Positions 19,693 to 29,898 of a stretch of DNA of 64,000 nt are shown here, in pieces (the stretch's first letter is position 1; each line of letters starts with the position of its first letter). A model generated the notes under the pieces. The model saw only the letters and a program-made list of their open reading frames with translations. It searched no databases and was not told the origin of the DNA. This DNA comes from a virus: positions 14,011 to 78,010 of IMG/VR virus record IMGVR_UViG_3300029286_003706; one strand, given 5' to 3'. Position numbers and translations under genes: made by a program.

Positions 19693-20516
19693 ATATTTTT
19701 TTTATTTATCGTGTCGGTAATATATTTACAAATAGCATCGGTTGATAAAAAATTATTATAATAATTTACATTTTTTTCATAATAAGAATCAATATTGTTT
19801 AAAATATTTTCAATGAATCTTTTATTTATTTGTTCATAATTACTTATAAAAATAGCTGGACTATCTCTATAATACCAAATATCTTGATTTTGATGAATTG
19901 GAAAATCTGTTATAACAACACAACCAGATTCAAACGATTCCATATAACGAAAACTTTCGGGTACTACTTTTCCAAGTGGGACAAAAGATATTTTTGTTTC
20001 ATTCATTATTTTAAAATAATCATCAATTGGAAATTCGGTCCTAAAACCATTTGTTTCCCTAAAAATACCGTTAAAATTTGAACCACTTATTGATTTTTTA
20101 ATACTATTTATAAATGGAATTCTATTGGGTGAAAATTGGCCACTATAAAAACAATCATATTTTCGTTCACTTAATTTCTTTTTTGGTTGTTCCATTTCAT
20201 ATGTTACAAAATCTGGCATTACCAAACCAAGTGGTATTGGAAATATTTTAATATAATCAAAATTACCTTTTCTGGGATAAGTTCTGAATATTAAATCAAC
20301 TTTATTAAACCAAGTTTTAACAATACCATATTCATCACTTATATAAATAACAATATTTTTTTTATCTGGTTGAAAAAGTGGTAAAGTGTTATCATCGTAA
20401 TTTGTTATAATAAAATTATAATTGTCATCTAAATAATAAAGTTTTTCCATTATTTTTTGAAAAAATTTTCGTTCACAAAAATTTGGAACAACTTGTTCCG
20501 AAAAATTCCATATCAT
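19689..20516 (-). CDS. Exostosin/GT47-like glycosyltransferase
   Basis: CFYSG...Y.KIMNETKISFVPLG...ESFRYMESFESGCV. Confidence 0.65.
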   Translation of the reverse strand: MIWNFSEQVVPNFCERKFFQKIMEKLYYLDDNYNFIITNYDDNTLPLFQPDKKNIVIYISDEYGIVKTWFNKVDLIFRTYPRKGNFDYIKIFPIPLGLVMPDFVTYEMEQPKKKLSERKYDCFYSGQFSPNRIPFINSIKKSISGSNFNGIFRETNGFRTEFPIDDYFKIMNETKISFVPLGKVVPESFRYMESFESGCVVITDFPIHQNQDIWYYRDSPAIFISNYEQINKRFIENILNNIDSYYEKNVNYYNNFLSTDAICKYITDTINKKNI

Positions 20517-20616
20517 ATAAAAATAATTTTTATATTTTTAAAGTTAAAAAAATAAAAAGTTTAATAAAACACATCAGTGATATTTGTCGTGAATAAATTT
20601 TATGACAAATGATCTT

Positions 20617-20868
20617 TTAATCCAGTAAAACTTCTAGATTTTTGATAAAAGATTTTTTAATTTTTGATCCTTTAATATGAGAAAATTCATCATCCTTAAT
20701 AATGTTGATAATATTTCTCAATTCACTTTCACATAATATAATGTTATCTGTTTCTTTATCATTATGATAAATACCAATTTTTATATTATCTTCATCAATT
20801 ATTATACATTTATACGATACTATTATATCGTTTTCATAAAATTTCATACTAAGTACTGGTTCTTCCAT
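20617..20868 (-). CDS. Hypothetical protein
   Basis: 83-aa ORF with AAAC-N18-TATAA upstream. Confidence 0.55.
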   Translation of the reverse strand: MEEPVLSMKFYENDIIVSYKCIIIDEDNIKIGIYHNDKETDNIILCESELRNIINIIKDDEFSHIKGSKIKKSFIKNLEVLLD

Positions 20869-20899
20869 AAATCTTTATATAAAAAATAATTATTTTTGT

Positions 20900-21226
20900 T
20901 TAAATCGAAAATTCATCTTCTATTAATCCTTTAAGATTTTTTAAATTTATTTTTAATTCCGGTTCTGATGATTTCAATAAACTTTTGAAGTAAGAAAATG
21001 GTGGTTTTTTCTTACTTAGACTGTCATTTAAGATTTTATTTGTTTTTAGAATATCTAAAACTAATCTATATTTTCTTAGATTTGTTTGATATAATTTTTC
21101 TAATTCATTATAATATATTTCTTGCAACTTTTTCTCTAATGGTTCAAAATCAGATTCCATATCGTAATATTTTTTATCAACGAAATGTCTATCTTCATTC
21201 AAAAAGTCTTTAAATTTAGTTATCAT
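20900..21226 (-). CDS. Hypothetical protein with capsid-targeting-like leader
   Basis: MITKFKDFLNE. Confidence 0.65.
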   Translation of the reverse strand: MITKFKDFLNEDRHFVDKKYYDMESDFEPLEKKLQEIYYNELEKLYQTNLRKYRLVLDILKTNKILNDSLSKKKPPFSYFKSLLKSSEPELKINLKNLKGLIEDEFSI

Positions 21227-21513
21227 TAAGTATAAGTGATTTCAACTACAACTGTTTCATATCCAAAAGTATTATACCATTGACCAGTTACAGTGTCCCA
21301 ATAATTATAGGTTCTACCACCATCGTTTGAACATCTGGAACCAATAATTGGATCTCTAACATAACTAGTAAAAGTATGACCAGAATAATTTTGAAGCATA
21401 TATTGAGTTACAGATGCATCATCACCCCTCATTGGTAATTCTGGAAAATATAAAGTGTTAATATGAAGTGTGTCATCAAAAGCTCTCACCGTTGGACTAT
21501 CTATTGTTGGCAT
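21226..21513 (-). CDS. Hypothetical late protein
   Basis: 95-aa ORF; AATATATA at 21537-21544 (minus strand). Confidence 0.6.
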   Translation of the reverse strand: MPTIDSPTVRAFDDTLHINTLYFPELPMRGDDASVTQYMLQNYSGHTFTSYVRDPIIGSRCSNDGGRTYNYWDTVTGQWYNTFGYETVVVEITYT

Positions 21514-21550
21514 AAATTAATTGATTATTTTTATTGTATATATTAATTTT

Positions 21551-21739
21551 TCAAACACTATTTATATATTTTTCTAAAAAAGGTTTTATTGTAGATTTAT
21601 CTGTTGTATAAAATTCATTATCCAACCAATCTGAAATGGCGTTTTTTAAACCATCTTTGGTTTTCATATACTGATTCGTTCTAAAATAATTTAAAATTTC
21701 TGCAGTGTGGTCGTAAATGTTTACCATAGTTCTCCCCAT
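21551..21739 (-). CDS. Hypothetical protein
   Basis: 62-aa ORF with AATATATA upstream. Confidence 0.55.
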   Translation of the reverse strand: MGRTMVNIYDHTAEILNYFRTNQYMKTKDGLKNAISDWLDNEFYTTDKSTIKPFLEKYINSV

Positions 21740-21877
21740 AAAATTATTATTTAAACTAAATTTTTTTTGGTATATATTAATTTCAACAAATGAATTTTTT
21801 TTTAGAATATATATAAAATAAAAAATAAAGTAATAATACTATCTATGTAGATATTTCAAAAAATAATAACTGAAAAA

Positions 21878-22077
21878 ATGGTAAAAAAGACTGCTTTCAC
21901 TGTATCCGTTTTAGACCTAAAAAAGGTAATATTTGTTCCGTTACTAGAAATAAAATAAATGAATACCACAGTTATTGTTGTGAAGATGATTTTTTGGAAG
22001 ATCCAATCGTTTTAAAATTGAATGAAGAAGAAGAAATTAATTGGGATCAATCTAAAAAACAAAAGACAATTATTTGA
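21878..22077 (+). pseudogene. Small Cys-rich protein with a homopolymer frameshift
   Basis: Adding one A to the run after ATG GTA gives MVKKDCFHCIRFRPKKGNIC...YCCEDDF...II*. Confidence 0.5.
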
Positions 22078-22152
22078 ATTTCTATCTTTTTCATTCATTT
22101 TTTTCATACATTATATATTGTTTTTAATAAAAATTTTTAATATATAATATTT

Positions 22153-22701
22153 ATGATAACCAAATTTCAAATATATGAAGCTCAAATTAGAGATTGTATT
22201 GAAAAAACTAAAAAATCTAAATATAAATCTAATCCAGATATAGAATCTTATATTAATAAAAGTGCTAATCGAAAATTTGAAGATGATTCACCTTTATTGT
22301 ATACTGTTTATTTGGAAGATTATGATATAAATTTAAATTTTGAATACTATGATACTCCATCTCATAGTATAAAAGAGAAAATAAAAAATAGAACATCACT
22401 CAAAAGTGTATCAGAATTTAATGATGTTTTTGAAAAAACTATAAAAACTATAATACCAGATAAATTAGGAATTGGAATAGATAAAATTGATAAAAAAGGT
22501 TGTTATGCTCTTTATTTAATGGAAAATAAATTTTTTATTTTAATAGATATTGATCCAAATTCTTTAATCGAAGGTTATTTTATTGATAAATATGGTAGAA
22601 AAACTACAAAAAAATATCATTCCTTTGTTATCACAATACACGATAAATCTAGCATTGATAGATATTATAAAATGTTTGATATAGATGATAGTAATTTTTA
22701 A
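22153..22701 (+). CDS. Hypothetical protein with capsid-targeting-like leader
   Basis: MITKFQIYE; AATATATA at 22139-22146. Confidence 0.65.
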   Translation: MITKFQIYEAQIRDCIEKTKKSKYKSNPDIESYINKSANRKFEDDSPLLYTVYLEDYDINLNFEYYDTPSHSIKEKIKNRTSLKSVSEFNDVFEKTIKTIIPDKLGIGIDKIDKKGCYALYLMENKFFILIDIDPNSLIEGYFIDKYGRKTTKKYHSFVITIHDKSSIDRYYKMFDIDDSNF

Positions 22702-22767
22702 AAATTTACTATTAAATTTTTTTATTAACAAAAATCATCGTATCTTTGTATTTCAAAAATAAAATAT

Positions 22768-23007
22768 ATGGAACTCATCGAAAAAGTAAAAGAAATGTCA
22801 CAGTTTATAGGACTTTCCGATAATAAACAGGAATATTGTATGTGTGATGGTATCGTTGAATTTCATTTTATTGGTGATCCTGATCTTGAAATAATTATCG
22901 AAAAACTTCATAATTTAACCAATTTTTTAACCCAAGAATTGAAAAGTGGAAATATCGAAACTTTTTTAGATAGAGATTTTGAAACTGATGTTTGGTTTAC
23001 ATTATAA
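22768..23007 (+). CDS. Hypothetical early protein
   Basis: TATCTTTG at 22741-22748. Confidence 0.6.
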   Translation: MELIEKVKEMSQFIGLSDNKQEYCMCDGIVEFHFIGDPDLEIIIEKLHNLTNFLTQELKSGNIETFLDRDFETDVWFTL

Positions 23008-23015
23008 ACTAAAAA

Positions 23016-23249
23016 TTACGTTGTTATTACCGAAACTTGTTGTTTTGCTAAATTTATGGTGTTATCTGTTGCATGTAGTGGGTCTTTATAATCATTATTT
23101 ACAGTAGAAACATTGGCAACAATTTCTTCTTGTTGTTTCTTTCTGGATTTTTTCCTACCTTTCTTCGTAAATTCTTTAAAAGTCTGAGTTTTACCACCAC
23201 CCCAATTACTTTCAACGTTTTCTAATAAAAATTCTTTATAATTTTTCAT
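23016..23249 (-). CDS. Small protein with capsid-targeting-like leader
   Basis: Start re-assigned to MKNYKEFLLE at 23249; AATATATA at 23255-23262. Confidence 0.6.
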   Translation of the reverse strand: MKNYKEFLLENVESNWGGGKTQTFKEFTKKGRKKSRKKQQEEIVANVSTVNNDYKDPLHATDNTINLAKQQVSVITT

Positions 23250-23358
23250 AAAAGTATATATTAAAAACAAAATGTGAAAATCGGATTCTAAAATTCCTTC
23301 GTAGGATTTTTACTATCAAACAATAATTCACATTTCCATCCTTTATGATCTGTTTTTT

Positions 23359-23979
23359 CTATACTGACCTTAAACCATTTCTCCATAAATGATGTTTCAA
23401 ACAAAATTTTTGAAACCCTCCTGTTATAATATATTCATTGCCAATTGGGTCTATTATTTTATATTTTTTATAGTTGTGATTTTTATCTCCTGTTTTAGAT
23501 AATCTAATTTTTTCTTTGGTTTTATCACTATGACCAATACCATATAACGGATGTTTTTCACCAGATATACTTTTACTCTGTTTTTCTTTTGATTCTTGAC
23601 TTCTTTTTTTACCCATTAACGACAAAGATATTTTATCTCTTATTTCATTTGTTCTACAATAAAAACCACCATCTCCACCATCCCCACCTTGAGTCATGTT
23701 ATATCCTTTTATAAAAGATTCATATTTATCAATGAAAAATATTTCTTTTTCATTGAGTTTTTTTTTATCATCACAAGTGTATAAAATTTCCCATTCAAAA
23801 TTTTCTTCACCATATTTACGAATAGCATTATAAAAGATTCTGGGATGACACCCCTTTTTCAAATCATATCCATTTTTAGCTGATCGAATGTGTATATGTT
23901 TGTATTTTTCGAAGTCCTGAATAGTTTTACCTATATACATTTTACCATTTAATTTGTTTTGCACTTTATATATTATCAT
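23359..23979 (-). mobile_element. GIY-YIG homing endonuclease (Seg-like) with NUMOD3 repeats and a frameshifted tail
   Basis: IIYKVQNKLNGKMYIGKT, AIRKYG.ENF.WE, GYNMTQGGDG, HS..TKEKI repeats. Confidence 0.88.
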
Positions 23980-24097
23980 AATCTGTGAAATGGTTTTTTA
24001 TTGTATCATCCATTGATACTAAAAATATATATTAAATCTGTGAGATGATTTTTTTATATCATAAAAAATTTATATCTTTGTAAAAAATAAAATAGTT

Positions 24098-25522
24098 ATG
24101 TTAGAAATTAAAGGAAAATATACAACTGCTAAAATTATGACTGATGTTGTAGAACTGTCAGCTTTAACACAAATTTATAATATGGTATCACATCCAGCAT
24201 TTACTAATGAAATAGTTATGCAAATAGATTTACACGCTGGTGCTTCAGCACCAATAGGATTTACGATGCCTTTATCTGAAAAAATTGTCCCGAATACAGT
24301 ATCGGTGGATATTGGATGTGGGGTTTTAGTCATTTGCATGGGTGAAAATTTCACTACTAACAAAGATAAGTTATTGAAAATGGATGAAAAAATTAGGAAT
24401 ATTGTTCCAATGGGTAATAATATCCAAGAAAAATCAGTCATTCCATCAAAATATTTTGAAAAGAATTTTCCTTGGAAAGAAACTAATGATATTGTTAAAA
24501 AATTCATTATTACATATAACAAAAAATTCAATACTAATTTTAATAGTATAGAATTTACATATGACTGGTTTTTGAAAAGACAAAAAGAAATTGGAATGAA
24601 ACAAGATGCTGAATTGGCAATAGGATCACTCGGTAGGGGGAATCATTTTATAAGTATTGAAAAATCAGTTAATTACAATTCTACTTGGTTACTTATTCAT
24701 TGTGGTTCAAGAAATTTTGGTAAAATGATTTGCGAATATCACATGAAAATTGCTAAAAAGGATTTAGACAACAAAAGAAATGTTGTGTTAACAAAAAAAA
24801 TTAATGAAATTAAATTAAATTTTTCTGGTGATATAATTCCATCTAAAATTAAGGAAGCAAAAAAAGATTTGGGTATTGATTTTGAAACAAATATGATTGG
24901 AATGGAATATCTTGAAGGACAACACGCTATGGATTATTTCATTGATATGGTATTTGCACAAAAATATGCTCAATTTAATCGTTCAACTATTTCTAATAAT
25001 ATTCTTAAATCCATTGGAGAAAAAGAAACTGATAGAATTGAATCTATTCATAATTATATAGACTTTTCAGATTTGATTCTTAGAAAAGGTGCAATTCGTT
25101 CATATATTGATGAAAGATTAGTTGTTCCAATTTCTATGGCTTTTGGTTCTTTTTTATGTAAAGGTAAATCAAATCCGGATTTTAATTATAGTGGGCCTCA
25201 CGGTGCAGGAAGATTAATGAGTAGGGGGGTTGCATCCAGATCAATTGATATGAAAGATTTTGAATTTCAAATGAAAGGAATTGTATCAACATCAGTAGTA
25301 AAAAGTTGTTTAGATGAAAGTCCAAATGCTTATAAAAAACCAAAGGATATTGAAATTGGAATAGAACCTACTGCTGAAATTATTGATCATTTGATTCCAC
25401 TCTTAAATATTAAAGATAAAAATGAAACTACCAATTGGAAAGAAAGAAAAGAGAAAGAGAAAAGAGAAAAATCTGAAAGGGTAAATCATAAGGAAATGAG
25501 AAATGCAAGGGGTAAATTTTAA
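24098..25522 (+). CDS. rtcB: RtcB-family RNA ligase
   Basis: DLHAG, VDIGCG, SLGRGNHF, HCGSRNFG, HNY, RKGA, HGAGR, DESPNAYK. Confidence 0.95.
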   Translation: MLEIKGKYTTAKIMTDVVELSALTQIYNMVSHPAFTNEIVMQIDLHAGASAPIGFTMPLSEKIVPNTVSVDIGCGVLVICMGENFTTNKDKLLKMDEKIRNIVPMGNNIQEKSVIPSKYFEKNFPWKETNDIVKKFIITYNKKFNTNFNSIEFTYDWFLKRQKEIGMKQDAELAIGSLGRGNHFISIEKSVNYNSTWLLIHCGSRNFGKMICEYHMKIAKKDLDNKRNVVLTKKINEIKLNFSGDIIPSKIKEAKKDLGIDFETNMIGMEYLEGQHAMDYFIDMVFAQKYAQFNRSTISNNILKSIGEKETDRIESIHNYIDFSDLILRKGAIRSYIDERLVVPISMAFGSFLCKGKSNPDFNYSGPHGAGRLMSRGVASRSIDMKDFEFQMKGIVSTSVVKSCLDESPNAYKKPKDIEIGIEPTAEIIDHLIPLLNIKDKNETTNWKERKEKEKREKSERVNHKEMRNARGKF

Positions 25523-25525
25523 ATT

Positions 25526-25885
25526 ATGAAATCGTCTATTGGATATTTCGAATTTAAATATAAAAATGGGTTTAAACAAATTAAAGAACTCATATCGATT
25601 TCTGATTTCAAAGAATATCAAAAACTACGAAATCAGAAAATCGAAATTGAAAACAAAGTAAAAGGTAAGAAAAAAGATCCGGAAATGGAAGTTGTTTTAA
25701 AATCCATTAATGAAGAATTAAAACAATTTTCATTTCCATTTATAGTTGAAAAATCACCAATGTCGGATGCAATTCAAACCGGAATAATTGAATTACCTAA
25801 AAGTCAGGGTGGGAAACATCCGGTTAATGTAAATGTTGTAAATAAATTAATTGATTATAATATAATTGAAGAATATGATAAATGA
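25526..25885 (+). CDS. Hypothetical protein
   Basis: 119-aa ORF coupled to rtcB. Confidence 0.65.
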   Translation: MKSSIGYFEFKYKNGFKQIKELISISDFKEYQKLRNQKIEIENKVKGKKKDPEMEVVLKSINEELKQFSFPFIVEKSPMSDAIQTGIIELPKSQGGKHPVNVNVVNKLIDYNIIEEYDK

Positions 25886-25924
25886 AAGTTTTTTTATTTG
25901 AAATAATTTTGTAAATTGTAAAAT

Positions 25925-26140
25925 ATGGCAAGAGGAATAAAATACCCGTTCGTAATTAGAACAATTGAAGAAAGATTGATTTTAGAAAACAAGTATCTTG
26001 AATTGTTTAAGAAACATCGTAATGAAGCTCCAGATTGGGGTGATTCAAATATTCACAGTTGTGAACATAGAATTGATGAATTGAAAGAAAGTATTGAATT
26101 TTTAAAAACAATTGTTTCAGATGATGAAAAAAGAAATTAA
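25925..26140 (+). CDS. Hypothetical protein
   Basis: First of a run of small overlapping ORFs; TAATTTTG at 25904-25911. Confidence 0.55.
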   Translation: MARGIKYPFVIRTIEERLILENKYLELFKKHRNEAPDWGDSNIHSCEHRIDELKESIEFLKTIVSDDEKRN

Positions 26141-26432
26141 AAGAAAAGAAATTTTCAGGAAACATTATGATGGAATTAGAACCGGATTTCTTTTTTCTGA
26201 TTTACCAACCTATATTTTACCCACCGATATTATAGATTTTGAAAAAATTGAGGGTTTTTGGAGTGAAAATAATAGTTGGGATGATCATTCAATTTTAAAA
26301 GTTTATCGTAAAATAGAAGAAACTGATGAAGAATTTGAAAAACGAAAACTTTTTTGGGAACAAAAAAGAGATGAAAGTAAACAAATGAGATATGAACAAT
26401 ATCTTAAATTAGAAAAAGAATTTGGAAAATGA
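26112..26432 (+). CDS. Hypothetical protein
   Basis: Operon ORF; the start is probably one of the internal ATGs. Confidence 0.6.
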   Translation: MFQMMKKEIKRKEIFRKHYDGIRTGFLFSDLPTYILPTDIIDFEKIEGFWSENNSWDDHSILKVYRKIEETDEEFEKRKLFWEQKRDESKQMRYEQYLKLEKEFGK

Positions 26433-26668
26433 TTTACGGCAACACAGCAATTTGTCCTTTTTGTGGTGAATTACAAAAAGTGTGTATGGGATTTTGTATA
26501 GAAAAAAATATTTCTTGTGATGAACCTTTTGATTCAGAAAAATGGTTCAGAAAAAACATAGTACAAGAAATGACGAGAAGTGAATTGGAAAATCGGATAT
26601 GTGAATATCACGAAATTATTTATCAATTAAGAAATGAAATTACTAAATTGAAAGAAAATGGAAAATAA
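26429..26668 (+). CDS. Small Cys-rich (CPFC) protein
   Basis: ATGA overlap with the previous gene. Confidence 0.6.
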   Translation: MIYGNTAICPFCGELQKVCMGFCIEKNISCDEPFDSEKWFRKNIVQEMTRSELENRICEYHEIIYQLRNEITKLKENGK

Positions 26669-26933
26669 TATCGAGTATAAAAAAGATGATAATGGTAATC
26701 ATTTCTACAAAAAATTACCAGATGGAACATATTTACATGTTTCGGTGTTTAATCACGATGTTGTAAGTGAATATAAAACTGGAAAATTTCTTGTGTCAAG
26801 TAAACATTTAAAAGGTGATTGTTGTATTAACAATTTACCACATATCAATCCACATTTTTTAGAACTAACTGATTCTACCCAAGAAGAATTTGAACAAAAA
26901 TTAAATGAAGCTATTGTTGAACTTGGTATTTAA
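26658..26933 (+). CDS. Hypothetical protein
   Basis: Operon ORF. Confidence 0.6.
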   Translation: MENNIEYKKDDNGNHFYKKLPDGTYLHVSVFNHDVVSEYKTGKFLVSSKHLKGDCCINNLPHINPHFLELTDSTQEEFEQKLNEAIVELGI

Positions 26934-27207
26934 CATCGAAACAAACAACCATAAGGGGGAACTTTTGAAAAACGAAGAACAAATAAAAATAATTTTAAAA
27001 AATCTACTTTGTAAAGAAGCTAGACCGGAAGGCCTATTGATATTAAGTAAAGCATCAGAAGGACAGATGAAAGAATTTTTAACTTATTATCAGGAAGATA
27101 AAGAAAATGTTTGTTGTTTGGTATTGGATTCTATTAAGATGAAATTGGTAGAATCTGGTGAAATGGAAATGAAAGAAGATGATTATTTTGGTAAACCTTT
27201 TATTTAA
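26905..27207 (+). CDS. Hypothetical protein
   Basis: Operon ORF. Confidence 0.5.
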   Translation: MKLLLNLVFNIETNNHKGELLKNEEQIKIILKNLLCKEARPEGLLILSKASEGQMKEFLTYYQEDKENVCCLVLDSIKMKLVESGEMEMKEDDYFGKPFI

Positions 27208-27219
27208 AAAATTAAAATT

Positions 27220-27757
27220 ATGGATATATTAATGTATATTTTTACTTACGGTTTCTTTTGGTTTAGCTATCTTAACCGCTGTTTTAATTTACACATCAAT
27301 ATTTAGAAAAATATTTGGAACTATTGTTATCACAATTGGATACTGGTCAATAACTTTTATTTTAATTTTTATTTTGGATTCGATATTATGGGAAATATCG
27401 GATAAAAAAGAAACGGTTTTAAAAACAAATATTTACGGTATAAATAAAGAAACAACCACTACCAATAATAGATTTATTATCGGATGTGGATATATTAAAA
27501 ACGAATATCGTTATTCTTATTATGTACGATATGGAAAACAAAGTTATAAATTAGATGATGTATCTGCAACCAATTCGGTGATTATAGAAGATGAAGAAGT
27601 GAAACCATATATTATCAAATGGAAAAATGTTGAAGTTGTAAATAAAAACAAATGGAAAAATTGGTTATTATTACAAACAAAAATAATTGATGTTGATGGT
27701 ATTGAAATACATGTTCCGAAAGGAACCATTGTTCAAGAATTAAGAGGTAAATTATGA
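27220..27757 (+). pseudogene. Membrane protein gene with an early frameshift
   Basis: The ATG at 27220 is out of frame with a reading frame that encodes two hydrophobic segments and runs into the 27374..27757 ORF. Confidence 0.55.
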
Positions 27758-28323
27758 AGAAAGAAATTTTATTTCTTTGTGCAACCGAATTGGAAAGTGA
27801 TGGTCTGATGATTTTAGATCAGTTGGTTCATATTACAGGTATTGGTAAAATAGCAGCCACGATGACCACAACATCATTGATAATGAAATATAATCCCGAA
27901 TTGGTCATTAATTTTGGTTCTTGTGGAGGATTACAAGATAATCATAAAGTAGGTGATATTTTAAGAGTTGGTATTGTTCATAATGATATAGATACAAGAC
28001 CATTTTCGAAATATGGATTTACACCATTTAGTAATATTGGACCGTTTGTTTTAAGTGATACTAATATTCAATGTTTTAGTTCTGATTATTTTTATCATAA
28101 AACAAGAACTGATTATTCTGATAAATATAAAGAAATGGTTCATAAGTGTAATATTATTGATATGGAACTTTATTCTATAGCTCAAGTGTGTTCTAATTTT
28201 AATATAAAATTAGAATCTTACAAATGGATATCGGATGATGGTAGTTCAACAGATTGGACTGAAAATGTAAAAATAGGATTTAAAAATTTTAAAAATAAAA
28301 TAATGAAAAAATATTCGGAATAA
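27754..28323 (+). CDS. MTA/SAH nucleosidase-like (PNP_UDP_1) protein
   Basis: TGIGKIAA, VINFGSCGG, DME, KWISD. Confidence 0.88.
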   Translation: MKKEILFLCATELESDGLMILDQLVHITGIGKIAATMTTTSLIMKYNPELVINFGSCGGLQDNHKVGDILRVGIVHNDIDTRPFSKYGFTPFSNIGPFVLSDTNIQCFSSDYFYHKTRTDYSDKYKEMVHKCNIIDMELYSIAQVCSNFNIKLESYKWISDDGSSTDWTENVKIGFKNFKNKIMKKYSE

Positions 28324-28334
28324 TCATTAATTTT

Positions 28335-28877
28335 TCATTTTTTTATAAAATTTACGATATTTTTTAAAACTTTTTGTTTTTTATTAAGTCTAATAAAAGA
28401 GAAATCAACAAGACCTATTTCATGCTCTTTTGTATAAAAAATAATTTTATTTACAATTTCAGGTATGTCTTTTAAATTCAAAAATTTTTCAAAGTTATTA
28501 ATCACTACCGTTTCTTTACAAACTATGTTTGTAATTATCAATATGATTTGTAATGAAATAGATATTCTTTTTTTTAATATAATGAAATTTGGAATTGAAT
28601 TTATCAATTCATCATGTAACAATTTTGATTTATTTAAGTCTAATTTGAGTTTTTCAGCTAAAATATGAATTATTATTAATATAAGGTTATCATCTGTTAT
28701 TTGTGTATTATCTTTTAGTATGAGTTTTTTAAATAATTTATATATAGTTGTCAAAGGAATTATTTTAGTTCCAAGAATACTTGATTCAAAACCACATTTT
28801 TTAACTAATCTATTATGATTAGAAATATATTGGTTATATTTTTTTACAAAATCAGTGAATTTATCAACTTTTTTCAT
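28335..28877 (-). CDS. Hypothetical protein
   Basis: 180-aa ORF with a weak leader-like start (MKKVDKFTDFV). Confidence 0.55.
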   Translation of the reverse strand: MKKVDKFTDFVKKYNQYISNHNRLVKKCGFESSILGTKIIPLTTIYKLFKKLILKDNTQITDDNLILIIIHILAEKLKLDLNKSKLLHDELINSIPNFIILKKRISISLQIILIITNIVCKETVVINNFEKFLNLKDIPEIVNKIIFYTKEHEIGLVDFSFIRLNKKQKVLKNIVNFIKK

Positions 28878-29021
28878 TTATGATGAAAAGTTTAATGATA
28901 TATATAAAATTCTTCATTGATATTTTTTTTATTAGTAATAATTTAGTATATTGAATATATCATAATCTTTTACGTTTTGAATTAAAAGATTGAATAAAAA
29001 TAAATTAAGAAGGGTAAATAT

Positions 29022-29870
29022 ATGGAAAATTTATTGGAAAGGAATTTTAATGAAAAGACAGGATTGGAATTTAATAAGTGTTATAAGGAATTTATGCCAA
29101 AAATTACGTGGTATTTGGCTAGTACATGGTTAGTTAATAATGTTGAAAAGGCAGAAGAATATGCACATAGGTCTTTCATTCAAGGTTTGGAAAAAATCGA
29201 TACGTTCGATCCAGAAAAAGCACAATTGATTACATGGTTAACTCAAATATCAAAGAACTTGGTCATTAAAGATTATAAGGATGCACTAAGATTCGATTCT
29301 GTTTCACTTGATGCTGAAATTGACGATACACCGGGAATTATTAATATCATTAAATATGAAACTGGTGAAGTTGAAAATGAAGAATATGAAGAAAATTTAA
29401 AAAAATGTGAAATTATTAAAAATACAATAATGACACTACCACCAAAATATAAAAAGGTGATGATTTTAAGGGAAATTCAAAGAATGCCATATAAGGACAT
29501 CGCTGATTTTATAAAAAAGGAAGAAAAAACCATTTTGGGAAAAAATGATAAGATAAGATTATCTACACCGGAAGATTTTTATTCTTTATTTATTGATAAC
29601 ACCAAAGGTAGTGGTGATATTAAAATTCATTTTTCAAATGGAAAAAACGAATTTTCAAGGGTTGTAAGGACGGGTAGTAACACAACCATAGTCAGGGAAG
29701 AAATAGAATGGGATCGTATGTCTGGGGATAGATTTGATGTGTTTTCTGATAGTAATTACTGTAATATGATTTATATTACGACAACAAATCTATCAACTGT
29801 AAAATCCCAAATAAAAAAAGGTAGGAGTTTAGTAAAAAATAAGGTTTATCGTAAATTTAAACAAATTTAA
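29022..29870 (+). CDS. Sigma-70/ECF-like RNA polymerase sigma factor with an insertion in region 4
   Basis: Region 2 AEE...F...FDPEKAQLITWLTQISKN; region 4 LPPKYKKVMILRE...YKDIA and LSTVKSQIKKGR. Confidence 0.85.
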   Translation: MENLLERNFNEKTGLEFNKCYKEFMPKITWYLASTWLVNNVEKAEEYAHRSFIQGLEKIDTFDPEKAQLITWLTQISKNLVIKDYKDALRFDSVSLDAEIDDTPGIINIIKYETGEVENEEYEENLKKCEIIKNTIMTLPPKYKKVMILREIQRMPYKDIADFIKKEEKTILGKNDKIRLSTPEDFYSLFIDNTKGSGDIKIHFSNGKNEFSRVVRTGSNTTIVREEIEWDRMSGDRFDVFSDSNYCNMIYITTTNLSTVKSQIKKGRSLVKNKVYRKFKQI

Positions 29871-29898
29871 CCCATTAAAATTAACTATATAGTTATGT

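Noticed and set aside
22153-22701. BECR/RelE-type RNase call for this leader-tagged protein
   Set aside because: Only a vague H...R...VITI pattern, too weak without a structure search
29510-29790. Intein or intron in the sigma factor insertion
   Set aside because: No C/S...HN intein termini, no stop codons and no group I intron core visible
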